Of a DNA stretch of 33,780 bases, positions 32,590 through 33,780 are shown in pieces. This DNA comes from Nemertoderma westbladi. Taxonomy: Eukaryota; Animalia; Xenacoelomorpha. Positions within the stretch are counted from its first letter, which is position 1, and each line of letters begins with the position of its first letter. The notes under the pieces are model-generated. The model saw nothing but the letters and a program-made list of their open reading frames with translations. It made no database searches and had not been told where the DNA came from. The position numbers and the translations under genes were made by a program. The stretch lies in contig JAUCBJ010000767.1 in the NCBI GenBank assembly GCA_032718475.1, positions 1 through 33,780 of the forward strand. The letters run 5' to 3'.

Positions 32590-33356
32590 AGAGTCCCGGA
32601 CCGAACCCAGGGGGTGGACAGAGAGCCGGACCGAACCAAGGGGGCGGACAGAGTCCCGGACCGAACAAGGGGGCAGACAGAGTCCCGGAACGAACCCAGG
32701 GGGTGGACAGAGACCCGGGCCGAATCAAGTGGGCGGACAGAGACCCGGGCCGAACCAAGGCAAGGGGGCGGACAATTACCCACAGTTGGCTTATGGGGCG
32801 GACAGAAACCCGAACCGAACCCAGGTGGTGGACAGAGACCCGGATTGAACCATGGGGGCGGACAGAGACCCGGTCCGAACCAAGGGGGCGGACAGAGATG
32901 CGGACCGAACCAAGGGGGCGGACAGAGACGTGGACCGAACCAAGGGGGCGGACAGAGACCCGGACCGAACCAAGGGGGCGGACAGTGTCACGGACCGAAC
33001 CCACGGCACAGACAAAGTCATGGACCGAACCAGGGTGCAAAGAGAATCCCAGACCGAACCCAGGGGGTGGACAGAGACCCGGACCGATCCAAGGGGGCGG
33101 ACAGAGACCCGGACAGAACCAAGGGGGCGGACAATTACCCACAGTTGGCTTATTGGGCAGACAGAGACCCGACCCGAACCCAGGTGGCGGACAGAGACCC
33201 GACCCGAACCCAGGTGGCGGACAGAGACCCGGACCGATCTAAGGGGGCGAACAGAGACCCAGACAGAACCAAGGGGGCGGACAATTACCCACAGTTGGGT
33301 TATGGGGCAGACAGAGACCCGACCCGAACCCAGGGGGGGGGGGGGGGGGGGGGGGG
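32590..33356. repeat. 30-bp GC-rich minisatellite ending in a poly-G run
   Basis: GGGGCGGACAGAGACCCGGACCGAACCAAG units, with a variant unit GGGGCGGACAATTACCCACAGTTGGCTTAT three times. Confidence 0.93.
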
Positions 33357-33554
33357 CACAGCCACACAGTGGATTCTAGACATTATTATTAGTCGCGTGC
33401 ACAGTGGCACAGCACCGGACAGGCTGGCATTTAATATAATATAATGATAAAATTTCAAATAAAATACGGACATATAAAACGCACATGTTTAAAGTCGACT
33501 CGGAATATATATATCTATAGCAACATCAAACTAATTAATATATACAGATAATCA

Positions 33555-33720
33555 GGTCACTGCACTCAGCAGATTAACAACGAGGGCTATGTGACCAATA
33601 TACTCATTAAAACTGACCATTAAAAAAAAGAAATAAAAAGATTTAAAAGATACAGACAATCCGGTCGCTGCACTCTGCAGATTAACAAAGGCTATAGTAG
33701 GACCAATATACTCATTCATT
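33555..33720. repeat. Diverged direct repeat pair, ~107-bp spacing
   Basis: GGTC.CTGCACTC.GCAGATTAACAA...GACCAATATACTCATT near 33555 and 33662. Confidence 0.7.
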
Positions 33721-33780
33721 ATAAACAATATATCCAATTGCCAGGTTGAAAACAGTTCAAAAGATATTCGTAACTTTAAG

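Noticed and set aside
32533-33444. 303-aa GGGQRPGPNQ repeat ORF
   Set aside because: Product of the 30-bp repeat. It has a non-ATG start, changes frame internally and reads through a poly-G run.

Overview
AT-rich eukaryotic (probably invertebrate) DNA made almost entirely of nested transposable elements and tandem repeats. From left to right: (1) the apparent 3' part of an LTR-type element (1-3957) with a BEL/Pao-like Gag zinc-knuckle, no pol, arrays of short hairpins joined by C-free UAG-rich linkers, a hairpin-dense segment, a polypurine tract and a candidate LTR; a 5'-truncated RTE LINE with a 12-bp TSD interrupts it. (2) A candidate ~17.8-kb Sola2-like DNA transposon relic (TIR-like ends at 4510 and 22320) containing an array of non-autonomous Helentron/Helitron2-like elements with periodic RFX X-box-like palindromes, a transposase remnant, and a 42-bp G-rich minisatellite split by an intact 4.8-kb two-ORF LINE (LMDD RT motif, candidate -1 frameshift). 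(3) A TTAA-flanked piggyBac-like non-autonomous element that seems to interrupt a spliced host exon. (4) A candidate solo LTR, RTE and L2/CR1-group relics, hairpin MITEs and several minisatellites. All calls were made by eye, without database searches.
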